A stretch of 64,000 nt of DNA from Euglena gracilis (lineage: Eukaryota): the NCBI GenBank assembly GCA_039621445.1, contig CP154954.1, positions 40,169,572-40,233,571 of the forward strand, given 5' to 3'. A program made the translations under genes and the position numbers. Below, in pieces: positions 13,811-26,060 of the stretch. The notes beneath the pieces were generated by a model. That model was not told the origin of the DNA and searched no databases. It saw only the letters and a program-made list of their open reading frames with translations. Position 1 is the first letter of the stretch. The number at the start of each line of letters is the position of its first letter.

Positions 13811-14766
13811 TATCGGAGGCAAACCAAATCCCGCGGTACTGAAATGTCCGTTCGCACCACCATGCCCCCCCCATATAAGACCCCCCTCGGGAGCCAAAAT
13901 CCCAGGGGGGCCTTATATGGGGGGGTCGCTGAGCTCTTATCCCTTTATGGGTAAGAGCGAAGCTTACCACCGGCGAAACCCCCCCCCCCCCCCCCCCCCT
14001 CCCCCCACCCCCCCCCCCCGGGTCGGGGCCACCTCGGGAACCGACGGATTATCACCATGATCCCGGCCCCGTTCCCGGAATTTTTTTTTTCAGTCGCGAG
14101 CGACTGGATTCCTAGTTTCCGAATCACCTGGGTTTGACCCCCAACTCCCCGCCAGGCCCGAGTTATTCACGCGCGAAGGGGTCCAAACTCGGTAGGATTT
14201 ACCCGCCCCCCCCTGGATGAGCCCCCCCCTTGGACTGCCAAAAAAATGTCAATTTTCAAAATATCTCCAAAATGAAGCCAAATCAAAGGAAATGTCCGGA
14301 GACCTAATTTGAAGCCCTTGGAACGCCCCATCTACCGGTATTTTGATTTCCCCGCAACTCCCCGCCTAGCCCGAGATACGGCCGTTTTCGGCGCAGCTGG
14401 CCGTTTTGTACACTTTTCCCTCTGTTCGACTTAGCCGTTTTCGGGGGGTGGGGGGTCAAAAAATCGATGTTTTCAAAATTTCGCGAAAATGATGCAAAAT
14501 CAAAGGAAATGTCCAGAGACCTAAATTGAAGCCCTTGGACCCAGAAAAACTGTTTTTGAGCGTTTTTCGACCCGCCAGCGCCCCGTTTTGGGCCGCCGCC
14601 CCATTGACTTTGGGTCAAAACCGGGTCGAAAAAGGCGAAAAAAATCGAAAAATTTTTTTTGCCCGAAACGATGTTTTTGGGCCTCCCGGACCCAGAAAAA
14701 CTGTTTTGGAGCCGAAAACGAGCGTTTTTCGACCCGCCAGCGCCCCGTTTTGGACCGCCGACCATT

Positions 14767-15390
14767 GATGGCCATCATGACCCCGGATGGCCATCATGAC
14801 CCCGGATGGCCATCATGACCCCATCATCATGACCAATGATGGCCATCATGACCAATGATGGCCATCATGACCAATGATGGCCATCATGACCACGGATGGC
14901 CATCATGACCCCGGATGGCCATCATGACCCCGGATGGCCATCATGACCACGGATGGCCATCATGACCAATGATGGCCATCATGACCCCGGATGGCCATCA
15001 TGACCCCGGATGGCCATCATGACCCCGGATGGCCATCATGACCAATGATGGCCATCATGACCAATGATGGCCATCATGACCCCGGATGGCCATCATCATG
15101 ACCAATGATGGCCATCATGACCAATGATGGCCATCATGACCAATGATGGCCATCATGACCACGGATGGCCATCATGACCCCGGATGGCCATCATGACCCC
15201 GGATGGCCATCATGACCCCGGATGGCCATCATGACCACGGATGGCCATCATGACCAATGATGGCCATCATGACCCCGGATGGCCATCATGACCCCGGATG
15301 GCCATCATGACCCCGGATGGCCATCATGACCCCGGATGGCCATCATGACCAATGATGGCCATCATGACCACGGATGGCCATCATGACCCC
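14767..15390. repeat. 19-bp minisatellite GATGGCCATCATGACC-(CCG/AAT/ACG), ~33 copies
   Basis: Directly visible. Palindromic cores gatggccatc and tcatga. Confidence 0.95.
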
Positions 15391-15507
15391 GGGTCAAAAA
15401 AGTCGAAAAAAATCCCAAAATTTTTTTTTGCTCGAAACGATGTTTTTTTGGCCTTTTTGCCTCGCGGACCCAGAAAAACTGCTTTGATCCGAAAACGAGC
15501 GTTTTTC

Positions 15508-15696
15508 GGGCCGCCGGGCTGCCGGCCGGGCCGCCGGGCCGCCGGGCCGCCGGCCGGGCCGCTGGGCCGCCGGCCGGGCCGCTGGGCCGCCGGGCCACCG
15601 GCCGGACCGCCGGGCCGCCGTCCGGACCGCCGGCCGGGCCGCCGGGCCGCCGGCCAGGCCGCCGGGCTGCCGGGCCGTCGGGCCGCCGGGCCGGGG
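15508..15696. repeat. Almost pure G/C minisatellite (gggccgccggcc-like)
   Basis: Directly visible. Confidence 0.85.
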
Positions 15697-16565
15697 TCAA
15701 TGAAGGGGTGGGGGCGCGCTTATAAAGAGCTCAGCACTATTCAAAACCTGGTCTTATGTGGGGGGGGGTCGGTCCCGGCCAAAGGGCCGGCCTTCAGCCG
15801 GCCAGGGGGGGGGTCTTATATGGGGGGTGTCTTGTATGGGGGGGTGGTAATTCCGCATTACTGCCTGCTGTACTGTCATGCTGGCGAACGGTCCAGGTGC
15901 CGCGTGGTAAACACAGGGCGACCTTGAGCACTTCCGAAGTATTATCGCGCATGTAAAACGAAACAAATTTTGTTCCTTTTTTCACCAGGCCTACCTACCA
16001 TGGACGATATTTGGTCAACAGAAGAGATGAAGTGTTGAATCGAGAAGTTCAAGATATATTGGCTACCGGTGTGCCAGTATCCTGTGGATCTCCTGCCCTG
16101 CATGTGTTGCAATCACAAGATGCAAAAATAAAAAATCAAAAAAGCGGCGACAAGTGGAGGGGCGGGGCTGGGGTGGTCCTCAACGAGTGAGGCGGAGATC
16201 AGGCAGTAGACTTTGGTCATTTTGACCCCCCCTCCCCCCCCCCTATGGTGAAGTTCACCGTTTGAAATTTCACCGGGGGGTCCCGGACCCCCTCCCCCCC
16301 CTCTGCCTAACCCATCGGTGAACTTCACCGGTGAAGTTCACCAAAAGAGCACCTTTTTGGCCAAAAATGGCCAAAAATGGCATTTTGGGCAAGTTTTCGG
16401 AAACTTCGATAAAATTCCATGAAGCATCAACCTCAAAATGACCATTTTGAGAGGAAAGGAGCAAAATTTCACCCATGAAAATTTCACCCCCAACCATCAA
16501 AATGGTGAAGTTCACCGGTGAACTTCACCGGTGAACTTCACCGCCGAAAGTACCCCCCCCCCCCC

Positions 16566-17885
16566 GGAGAAACTGCACACGGGCTGGTCAATAACTGCAC
16601 TGCAAAAAACTGCAAAAAACTGCAAAAAACTGCAAAAAAACTGCAAAAAACTGCACTTCAACAAAAAATTAGAAATAAACAAGCAAAAAAGATGTGCATA
16701 TGCAAAACAACGTAAATTGCGACCACATGAGCACACCCCAATTCACCTAACTTTTCTTTGCGCAGCTTTGGAGCTCATAACGACAAAAATGGAAACAATC
16801 AAACAAGGAATACTGCACATGGTTTTTCATTGAAATGCAAGTCATGTGTTTGCCACGCCACTTTTCCTGCGCCAAAACTTGTACCGAACAAAAGTTGAAA
16901 GCCCTCTTCCCCAATTAAGAGGCAGAGCACAAGGCAGGTGTGAAAGCCATGTGGGCTGGAACAAATGATGCCAAGTGATTTAGCAGTCCGGTAGAACTTC
17001 AAAGAACATGTCAAAACTTGAAATCAAGTGAAGAAAAGAATACCACCTGCAGAGATGATCACACATGATTGTGATTCCGAATGTCCCTCAGCTCTGCCAC
17101 AACCCTGATACTAAGACTTCGCAAACACGTCTTCAGTGTCGTGATGCTTTGCCTTCGCACCAGCGGCAGAACAATTGAACTTATCCAATATTCGTAACTT
17201 TTGGTCATTTGAGTGGTGCAGCTTCCAGCTGTTGCTGAAACTCTGTGCCGTCTCTGGCAGGTCCCTACATCCAAGATTCTGCAGGAACCTGCATTCATCC
17301 ATCGGTCCACCCACTCATGCACCTTGAATGACGACGGCAGAGCGTGCTGTCGAGCAAATTGAGATGTCTTTTGGATGAGGCGCAATTTTGTCACCCTCTC
17401 TCTCCTCAATCTCTGACACCCCATCCACCAGCTCATCATTGCTGCCATCGGACAGGACGTCCACATCCGCCGAGGAAGGGGCAAAAGCAGATATATCAAT
17501 GGTGGCCATCAAGGGAACCTTTGATGGCAAGGGCACGGTCCGTCTACATGACGGTCTGGCCTGTTACCAACAATTCCGGATCCTATGACCCCCCCCCCAC
17601 TGATAACCCCCCCTCGGGCCGACCAACCAAACCGGATCCTATAAACCCCTGGGGGTTCACAAGTGGGGGGTTTAAATATGGACTTGTCACCAAAACAACA
17701 AGCACCAAAAATAAACATTTCGGGTTCCAAACTGGATCAAAAAAAAAACTGCAAAAAACTGCACGTGTGCAGTTTTTTCAGAAAAAAAATCATCAAAAAA
17801 CTGCAAAAAAACTACAAAAAACTGCAAAAAACCTAAAACGTGAAAACTGCAAAAAACTGCAAAAACTGCACGGTGCATATTTTCC
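16566..17885. mobile_element. Nested TIR element with subterminal (aaaaaactgc)n repeats and a decayed ORF
   Basis: ggagaaactgcac / gtgcatattttcc. 10-bp repeat arrays at ~16600-16655 and ~17745-17870. Confidence 0.65.
16800..17510 (-). pseudogene. Degenerate transposase-like N-terminal fragment
   Basis: ORFs 17315-17536 and 17111-17314 are one frame split by TGA (acidic N-terminus, then ...LRILDKFNC...). A further piece reads LCLLIGEEGFQLLFGTS. Family not identified. Confidence 0.4.
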
Positions 17886-18045
17886 ACCCCCCTGCCCCCT
17901 ACCCCCCCCCCCGGTGAATGTTCACCGGTGAACTTCACCGGGGGGGTCCACAGCCCCCCCCCACCCCTGCCTAACCTCCGGCGAGTCGGGGGCACTCTAC
18001 AACACAAGAAACGGTCAGAGGTTGCCTCGGAGCAATACAACAGGG

Positions 18046-18161
18046 TGGTGAACTTCACCGGTGAAGTTCACCTGGGTTAGGCAGAGGGGGGGTCCGGGAC
18101 CCCCCGGTGAACTTTCAAACGGGGGGGGGTCAAAATGACCAAAGTCCACTGCCTGATCTCC
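18046..18161 (-). mobile_element. Left half of a GGAG..CTCC MITE split by an inversion
   Basis: Reverse strand reads ctt|ggagatcaggc...gaagttcacca and then stops. Confidence 0.8.
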
Positions 18162-18239
18162 AAGGGATTTTGTTATTTTGGGGCCCTCGAGCAGTTGGGC
18201 AACAAAAGGCATTTGCCCCCATAAACGGGTGGTTTACAC

Positions 18240-18660
18240 CATAGTGGGCATTTTTTTTTGTTTTTTGGAGAAAAAAACAACAAAACAACGTGTTTTTTTT
18301 TAAAAAAACAGTAAAAAAAACATCAAAAAAAACAAAAGGAAAATTTCATTGAAAAAACTCGTTATGAAACTCCCAAACCATACTTCGAATCCTACTAAGT
18401 TCAAAAACTGCCAAAAATGGTCAAAAACATCCCAAAATGCAACAAGAATGTAATTTTATGACTTTTTTCAATTTTTGTGGATGGAAGTTTTTGGCAAAAC
18501 TGACCCAGAAGTTGCCAAAAATGATTAAAAATGTTCATTCAAAAATTTTTCCATGCAAAACCCACTGGGCGTTTTTTTTTGTTCTTTTTTAAAAAAAACA
18601 TTGTTAGAATTAAAAAAAACAAAAAAAACAACGTCAAAAAAAACTGGCCGGCCCACTATG
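18240..18660. mobile_element. hAT-type MITE (CATAGTGGG..CCCACTATG), 8-bp TSD gtttacac
   Basis: TSD at 18232-18239 and 18661-18668. Related copy at ~24802-25360. Confidence 0.9.
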
Positions 18661-20260
18661 GTTTACACAAGGGATTTGCCCCCCATAACGGGTGGGTAAC
18701 ACAAGGGATTTTGTTGTTTTGGGGCCCACGAACAGTTGGGAAAATTTACTTTTTTTCTTTGGAGGGGGGGGAGGTCGTGGGGTGGGCCGAACCTAAGTCG
18801 ACCCCAGGGTTGGAGGGGGGGGGTCGTGGGGTGGGCCGACCCTAAGTCGACCCTAGGGTCGGCCCACAAGGGTTTCTAGGGTCGCCACCCACTCCACAGC
18901 CTCGGGGGGGGGGTCGACCATAGCGACCTTTGGCGACCTTTCGACCGTGGGCCAACCCTGGGGTCGGCCCACAACCCCCCCCCCCCCAGGCCAGATCCGG
19001 GAGCCACTCCGAGGGCCTCGCCACGCCATTTACCCCTCCCCGCCCTACCGGTATTCGGACCCCCTCGCCACGGCGTACCAACCCCCCCCCCCAGCCTCAT
19101 CCGATTGCCAGCTCGCATCGCTAGTACTCTGGATTACATTATAAGTGTCCTGAAACATTGGCCTGTGTACTTGGCCTCCCTGGGGGACCCCTCCCCGGGG
19201 GGCTCAGCCGAAACCACACACCCTGGCCTAGCCCTTTCCTTGCCATTGCAATCTCTAATCTGGACTTTTTCATTGACATTTGAACTTGTCCAAAACTTGA
19301 CTTTTTCTGCCTGCCAACCTAGACCAATGGCAATATATCAAATAGAAACAGTACTCATACTCCACGTAAACAGTTCATGACCCTTGCCACTTGCAAAGTC
19401 AGGTGGCAGGATTCAAATTCAAATTAGGATCTGCGTGAACCTACACCCCCCTGCTTCAAGACCTTGTCGGCGACAAGGTCACACAACGCCGTAGGCTAGT
19501 GAGCGCTGGGAGGACCACCCCCATGTGCAGTCGGGGTGCCCTTGCCATCCTTTATGCCTTAATTACAGAAAAGGTACCCCAACCGCCCAGGGCATCCCCC
19601 CAGAGCCATTGGAAAAACTGTCGCAAACTGGTCCTCTCCCCCTTTTTCAACTAGCTTGCCACATTTACTACAAAAAAGGGGTGACAGACGCCGATTCTGT
19701 CCAAAACCCGGCGTCAGGAACGCCGGGTTTTGGACAGAACCGGCGTCTGTCACCCCTTGTTTAAAGCGGCGTTTTAGAGACGCCGGGTTCAGGACAGAAC
19801 CGGTGTCCCCAACCTTCGGGCAAAGGACACTCCCAGGACCAATGTCTGACCACTGATCTGCAATGTCACGCTACTTTGCATTTGACCAAATTCCGGCGAT
19901 CGCGAGGGTATTTCTGGCTCTGTCAATCGTCCAAGTACAAAGTCACCCCTCAATCAAAAGCTCTTTTCATCAGACGACTGGCGATCACTACCAAATTCAG
20001 CCACGCCGCCTGCAGCTCTTATTTTCTGTCAGTGGGGAATCCTAATTTCACAACTCTGGTGCACAGGGCACAGGGAGTGTGGTGTTTGTTTGACTTTTTT
20101 GACTGATTGCATTCTTTCAGGGTTGGTGGATCGCTTGCGTGAGCATGCGGATACCTGTGACGCTTTGCAAGGAAAGGGGATGTGGGAGAAGTCTTCTCAA
20201 CCACCGACGAAAAAAGTCAAGCAAACCGTCCTCACCTTTGGAGCGACAACAATTGAGGTA

Positions 20261-20476
20261 CCCCCCCCCCCCATAATTGACACCCCCCCATAATTAACCC
20301 CCCCCCCCCCCCGACCGAAAATTTTTTCAGCCGCTCGTTTGGGGTTTGTCGGGAGTCCCTTGTATTTTGCCTTGTCCGTTCGGACCCCCCCCCATAATTG
20401 ACACCCCCCCATAATTGACACTACCTGGGGGTTTGGAGGGTGTCGGGGGTGTCAATTATGGGGGGGGGGGGAGTGG
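20261..20476. mobile_element. TA-TSD MITE (Tc1/mariner-like) inside a transposase intron
   Basis: ta|ccccc..cataattgacac ... gtgtcaattatgggg..gagtgg|ta. Sister copy at ~34251-34487. Confidence 0.75.
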
Positions 20477-20833
20477 TACTTTTTTTAAGATATATATTTT
20501 GAAAATCAAAATGCAGGTTGATCGCTTGGAGAGGCAAGTGGGGAGATTTGTTTTTGCGACAAACAGCCCTTTCAAAATTGTTGAGCACCCGGAGTATGCG
20601 GAGATGATGAATGTGGCTCGTCCTGGTATAATAAAGTTGCCAAAGCGAAAAGTTGTGGGAGGGCGGATTCTCAACGCCGTGTATGACGAAGAATGGAAAA
20701 AGTTTGCTGCTTCTTTGGATGGAAAACATTGCACTATGTCAATGGATGGGTGGTCCACTTTGACAAAGCAGCCTTACATTGCAATTTTGTTGGCAAATCG
20801 ACTGATCGACACAATCGATACAACGGATAGTAG

Positions 20834-21011
20834 GGAGATCAGGCGGTGAACTTTGGGTTTTTCGGGCGGGACCCCCCCCACCCCCCCCCTCTTCATTGGA
20901 AATACATGGCGGTGAACTTCACCGGTGAACTTCACCGGTGAAGTTTCTCCATTGAAATTCCTTTAGGGGCGAAGCCCCCAACCCCCCCCCCCCCACCCCT
21001 GCCTTACCTCC
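20834..21011 (+). mobile_element. Short GGAG..CTCC MITE, TSD TAG
   Basis: tag|ggagatcaggc ... ccttacctcc|tag. Confidence 0.85.
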
Positions 21012-23219
21012 TAGGGACAGCTTTGACATTGTTTCTTGCCAAGAGTGGTCCTTTTGTCCCCAGTTTGTTTGCACAAGTGGGAGATCCCACTTCTTGGTGG
21101 CAGGCCGGGCGTCTCCCGGGCTTCCCTGACCCCCTTGTGTCTGTTGCCTTGCGGTTGTGTGCGTGCATATGTTCCACGGCCAACTTGGAACGTAATTTTT
21201 CAACCATGGGGTCAATGCAACAATTCGGGGTTCATGGGCAAAAACATGTTGATTCAAACTGGTGCAAATCCAGCACTGAGATTTTTTGCAAGGAGTCACT
21301 TGGTAGCTTCATCAAACAAAAGAGTGCTCTGGGAGGTTCAAGAAAAGGAATTGTTGCATTTCATCACACGTGTATGGTAAACTGCGTTCTCGCCTGTCAG
21401 TTGACAAGGCGAACAAGCTCACTCTCCTTTAACGCTGTTTCAATGCGTTCGGTTGCGACGAGCAATCGGACAACGAGGAGTGAACCCTATGAAATACAGC
21501 GGCCTTTCAAATATGCCATGCCTTGATCCACTTGGTAGGTTGTTTTTTTTGGATGGAGATTTATGGCATCAATTAAAAAAAGAATGGAAAAAAATGCCAC
21601 TTTCTCGTTCATCTCCCTCGAAGATGTTTTCGACTTTTCCCCCGAAAGGGCGATTTTCAAAAAAAAACACAAGAATTTTGCATTTTCAAAAAAAAAACAT
21701 GTTTTTTATTGCGTTTTTTTTTTTGAAAAAAAACACGTTTTTTTGTTTTTGTTTTAAAAAAAAACAAAAAAAACGCCAACCCTGGATGCGGAGGGGAAAA
21801 ATATAACAAAAGGGTCAAAACCGCCGGCTTCTTATACACAAATTGTGAGCCCAGATTTCAGCCCCCTTCGGGGGCCTCCCTGAACATTTTTTCAGGCTGA
21901 AATATGGGCTCAACCACAATTTGTTTAAAAACGTGTTCAGAGCCCGCCAAATGCCTGCCCTGAAATTTGTGGTCATGATTCACGCCAGGGGAGAAAAATG
22001 CGAAAATGTGAACTTTGACCGAAAAAAGGGTGCCCCAAAAAACACACCGTCAAAAAAAACAGGCCAGCCCACTATGCCACCCACTATGGCTGAACACACG
22101 GCAAAGTTTGTGAATGGTCCTTTGCCACCTCCCACTAGGACGGAACTGTTCCTGGCTGCTCTCGCGGTGTACCAGCAAGATGCCAAGAAGCCGAAGGTTG
22201 ACCCCCTTCATGGCACCTTGTTGGCACAGGGCAACACAAAGAAAAAGTCTGGCTTTGTAGGTGCAAAGCTTGCTGCTGTTGCCAATTGTTTGGAGTTCTC
22301 CAAACAGTGTCAACATCGGCAAGCATGCGACATCCCCATGACGCGGGGGGGGGGGGGGGGTGGGTTTCGCGGCAGGTCATGTGTGACTTGTGTGACGTCG
22401 TCCTACCCTCTAATTTTAGATCCCAATTCCCAATCCCAGTCCGAAAATAGGTACAATTAGGAAATTGGGACCAATTTTTTGTGTTTTTGAAACCGTGTTT
22501 GGGCCGATTTCGAGACTTTAAAAGTCTTAACTCTTCGCCCAAAACACGGTTTCAAACAAGAACAGTGTTTTGGGCCAAGGTTTTAGGGGGGCCCCGGGGC
22601 GACCACGGCGCCTTCGGCGCCGCGGTCCCCGCCCCTGGGCTCCCCCTAACCCTTGGCCCAAACACATCTCTGCAATAGATTCCTAATTGAGTGGCCAATT
22701 CCTAATTAATGCAAAGTTTTTTGTACTTTTTGGAAACCCGAATCGGGCTCAGGGTGGGTCGCGGGGGGGTCGGGGGGGGGGTCGCGGGGGGGGGTCGGGG
22801 GGAAACACCCCCAAAGGGTGAGGTTGCTGACAATCACGGTGGTGAGACCAAACAGCTATGGCGCGGAACGTTGCATGGTGGTCAACTGGGCAAATTATTG
22901 CCTCGGCCGAAAATCAGGACCTCACCGATGTTCCCTCTGTCTTTCCCACCGCCGAGCAACGTTCTGCTCCTGCGCCCAGCAGCTCCGTAGCGCCTCCCCC
23001 CTTGACCAACCCTCTCTGCCTCCTGCTGTGTCCCAACTGCCTATAAAACAGGACAATTGTGGTTTTTGTGGTGTTGCCATTCCCAAAAATCCAAATTGTG
23101 TGGAGCTGAGGAAAGTGGTGTTTTGGCATACCATTTTCATTGCCATGATTTGCGGCGGCAACCAAAGTATGGCTCTTTTTTGGGTAAAGTGTGTGGTCTT
23201 CCGTGATGTCTAACACTCA

Positions 23220-23510
23220 AGAGAGCACCTTTTTGGCCAAAAAATGGCAAAAAATGGCATTTTGGGCAAGTTTTCAGAAATTTTGATAAAACTCCATGAA
23301 GCATCAACCTCAAAATGACCATTTTGAGAGGAAAGGAGCAAAATTTCACCCATGAAAATTTCACCCCCAACCATCAAAACGGTGAAGTTCACCGGTGAAC
23401 TTCACTGGTGAACTTCACCGCCGAAAGTGCCCCCCCCATCTTCCCCGGTGAATGTTCACCGTTGAACTTCACCGGGGTCCACAGCCCCCCCCCACCCCTG
23501 CCTAACCTCC
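23220..23510 (+). mobile_element. Right half of the inversion-split GGAG..CTCC MITE
   Basis: Starts agagagcacc, exactly where the 18046 half ends in intact copies, and ends cctaacctcc|ctt. Confidence 0.8.
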
Positions 23511-23629
23511 CTTGTGTTACCCACCGTTTTGGGGGGCGAATCCCTTGTGTAACCCCTTGAGTTCACCATTCCGCACACTTGTCGTGCAACTACTTCCCCT
23601 TCGGGGTCGCACAAAGGCACACCAAGCAC

Positions 23630-24590
23630 TTTCAATCCCGAGTCTTTGACAAAGGGAACAATGGGACTCTAGCGCAACGGACTGCTTGAGGGGATGCCAC
23701 CAAGAAAATGGACAGAGTTCCCGGCTGTGAATGCTGGAACCACAGGTTGCACTTTGCCAAGTTTATAGAGAGCCCACGTTTGCCTGGTTCGCAGATGAGG
23801 GGGTGGTTCGGGACGCGGGGGGGGACGCGGGGGGGGGGGGGGGTCGGGGGGGGGACGCGGGGGGGAACCGTGGCCCAACCACCCCCACACTTTTTCTTTG
23901 GCGGCACCTAAATTTGTATGTAATTTTCCTTTGGTCGACCAAAAAACGTGCCCGGCCAAAACCCGGGACGCGGGGGGGACGCGGGGGGGGACGCGGGGGG
24001 GACGCGGGGGGAACACCCCCTGAGGGCACCAATGGCTGAGTTTAGTTGCAAAGGGCTGCCCAAGGTGACTATTGTCGAGATACCAACCTTGCCATTCCAC
24101 AGATCTGGCCAAATTTTTCAGCACACCTTGCATGCCCCAAGCAGGAAAAAAGTTGGCCCACATGGATCACCTTGTTGTGCGCCTCTTGTTGATGCCAGGA
24201 TTGTTTTCCCACGGAACAGGTGAGAGTGTTGGCTGTAAAAGATCTCAACCCAAGGAATTGCCGAGGGCATCTACGCCGACACTGTCAAGGACTCCGCTTC
24301 GGAAAATGCCGTTGAAAGCATTGCTCATATCAATTTGCATCAAGCCGCAATGGTCCTCTTTCTTTTTGACAATCAATTTGTTTGTCATTTGTCGTAGGGC
24401 CATGGCAGTGACACTACATCCCAAACGCCCACACCACTTTGTATTGGTGAACCTTGAGGGACTGGGCAAGGTTGGGATGATGCATGAGCAGCTTAGCCAC
24501 TAAGCGGCACAAACATTCACCCACCGCTATAGGGCGTATCCCCTCTTCCGAACCATCGGGGACAAGGCAGTACATTTGGTCAAACCTTGG
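23630..24590 (-). pseudogene. Reverse transcriptase of a non-LTR retrotransposon (CRE/SLACS-like), frameshifted
   Basis: Motifs in order across frames: GIRPIAVGECLCRLVAK, MQIDMSNAFN, STRGAQQGDPCGP, WYLDN (YxDD-like), RGLSINLAKC. Confidence 0.9.
23799..24020. mobile_element. PIF/Harbinger-like MITE (GGGGGTG..CACCCCC), TSD TGA, inserted in the RT relic
   Basis: tga|gggggtggttc ... gaacaccccc|tga. Internal gggacgcggggg repeats. Confidence 0.8.
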
Positions 24591-25989
24591 GACCCCCCCC
24601 CCCGCCCCCTGTACAGTTCCAACCCTCCCCTCCCGGGACCCCCCCTCCCCCCCCACTTCCAACGCCCCCGAGACAGATGAAAATTTTTTTAAAAAACGGC
24701 TTGTTTTTTGAAACAAAAAAACATGCTTTTTTAAGGGGGTGGTGCGGGTCGCGGGAGGGGGTCATGGGGGGGTCACGGGGGGGGGGGGGCACGGGGTAAG
24801 TCATAGTGGGCCGGCTTGTTTTTTTTGACGTTGGTTTTCTTCTTTTCATTCTAACAATGTTTTTTTAAAAAAAACAAAAAAAAACGCCCAGTGGGTTTTT
24901 CTTGGAAAAATGAATGCCCATTTTCAAGCATTTTTAGCAACTTCTAGGTAACGTGACCCCCCCCCCTATATGACACCCCCCCCCTAATAGTCGCCCCCCC
25001 CTTGGGGGGCGACAATTAGGGGGGGGGTTACCCATGGCCCCAAAAGAAATGTGGGGTAATTGAGTAACCCCCCCCTAATTGTCACCCCCCCCCCTAATAG
25101 TCGCTAGGGGGGGCCAAAACGCTCCCGGGGGGGTGCCATTTAGGGGGGGGGGTCACGTTAATTTCTGCCAAAAACTTCCTTCCACAAAAATGAAAAAAGA
25201 CATAAAATTCCATTTTTGTTGCATTTTGGGATGTTTTTGACCATTTTTGGCAGTTTTTGAACTTAGTAGGATTCAAAGTATGGGTTGGGAGTTTCATAAC
25301 GAGTTTTTTTCAATGAAATTTTCCTTTTGTTTTTTTTGATGTTTTTTTAACTGTTTTTTTTGGTCATCAAAAGTGACGTATTTTGAGTTTTTCTTTCACC
25401 ATTCTTTTTTTAAAAGCATTTTTTTTTAAAAAAAAACAATGAATTGTCATGCATCCTTGTCTGCCCAATGCACTTTCACACCCAAAAATGGCCAAAAATC
25501 TTTTCCCCTGAAAGAAGTGCCAAAAACTGGTGCATTTTCACACCCAAAAACGGAATTTTGTCAAAAATGACCCAAACTTCATATCCCAAAAACGTGTTTG
25601 TCAAGAAAATCCTAACAAAATTCCCTTTTCAAAAAATGACCAAGTTTATCGCGATGCCACATCATGGATGTTGCCTCCCGGCTGCCTGCGGCTCCGTGCG
25701 GAAAATCGCGGATGACCAAATCGCGGATCCTGCCGACCTAGGAGGCAGACGGACGGACGGACGGACGGCTGGTGAAAAAAGCGAAGGTCCGGACGGACGG
25801 CTGACCTTGTGGGCTTGGTCCAGACGGCTGAAGAAAATGCACTTGGTCCAGCTAGCCGGCTAGCCGGCTGGCCGGCTGGCCAGCTGGCCCGCTTGCCGGC
25901 TTGCTGGCTTTTTGTTCTTGTCGCGAACTGGGCAAGTCCTAATTCTGGGTGCTCGGTGCAAAAAAAAGAAATTTTATAATGATGAAAAC

Positions 25990-26060
25990 TGCACACAGCG
26001 GGATTTGAACCCGCGAGCTCACGGTTGTGAACTATATGCCACACCAATTATACTGTGTGC
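25990..26060 (-). pseudogene. tRNA-derived sequence or tRNA pseudogene (anticodon reads CAC)
   Basis: 7-bp acceptor stem gcacaca/tgtgtgc plus A. Perfect T arm gcggg-ttcaaat-cccgc. Loop tt-cac-aa. D arm and anticodon stem degraded. Confidence 0.65.

Larger units (their letters stand above)
16194..17979 (+). mobile_element. GGAG..CTCC family copy, TSD GGC, with a nested 1.3-kb element
   Basis: ggc|ggagatcaggc ... cctaacctcc|ggc. Confidence 0.85.
20121..21483 (+). pseudogene. hAT-superfamily transposase, internally deleted and intron-containing
   Basis: Exon 20121-20257 RLREHADTC (BED-finger end). Exon 20517-20833 FVFATNSPFKIVEHPEY...CTMSMDGWS. Exon ~21015-21210 DPTSWW...STANLERNFSTMG. Exon 21366-21483 HVYGKLRSRLSVDKANKLTLL*. 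These match hAT catalytic and dimerisation motifs. Probable right TIR caaccctg near 21784. Confidence 0.9.

Noticed and set aside
14767-15390. CRISPR-like array
   Set aside because: The variable part is only 3 nt with three recurring states, there are no cas genes, and the context is eukaryotic.
22060-22340. Coding-like scraps here and at ~5010-5200 and ~26700-26930
   Set aside because: Too short and lacking diagnostic motifs to assign; probably transposase debris.
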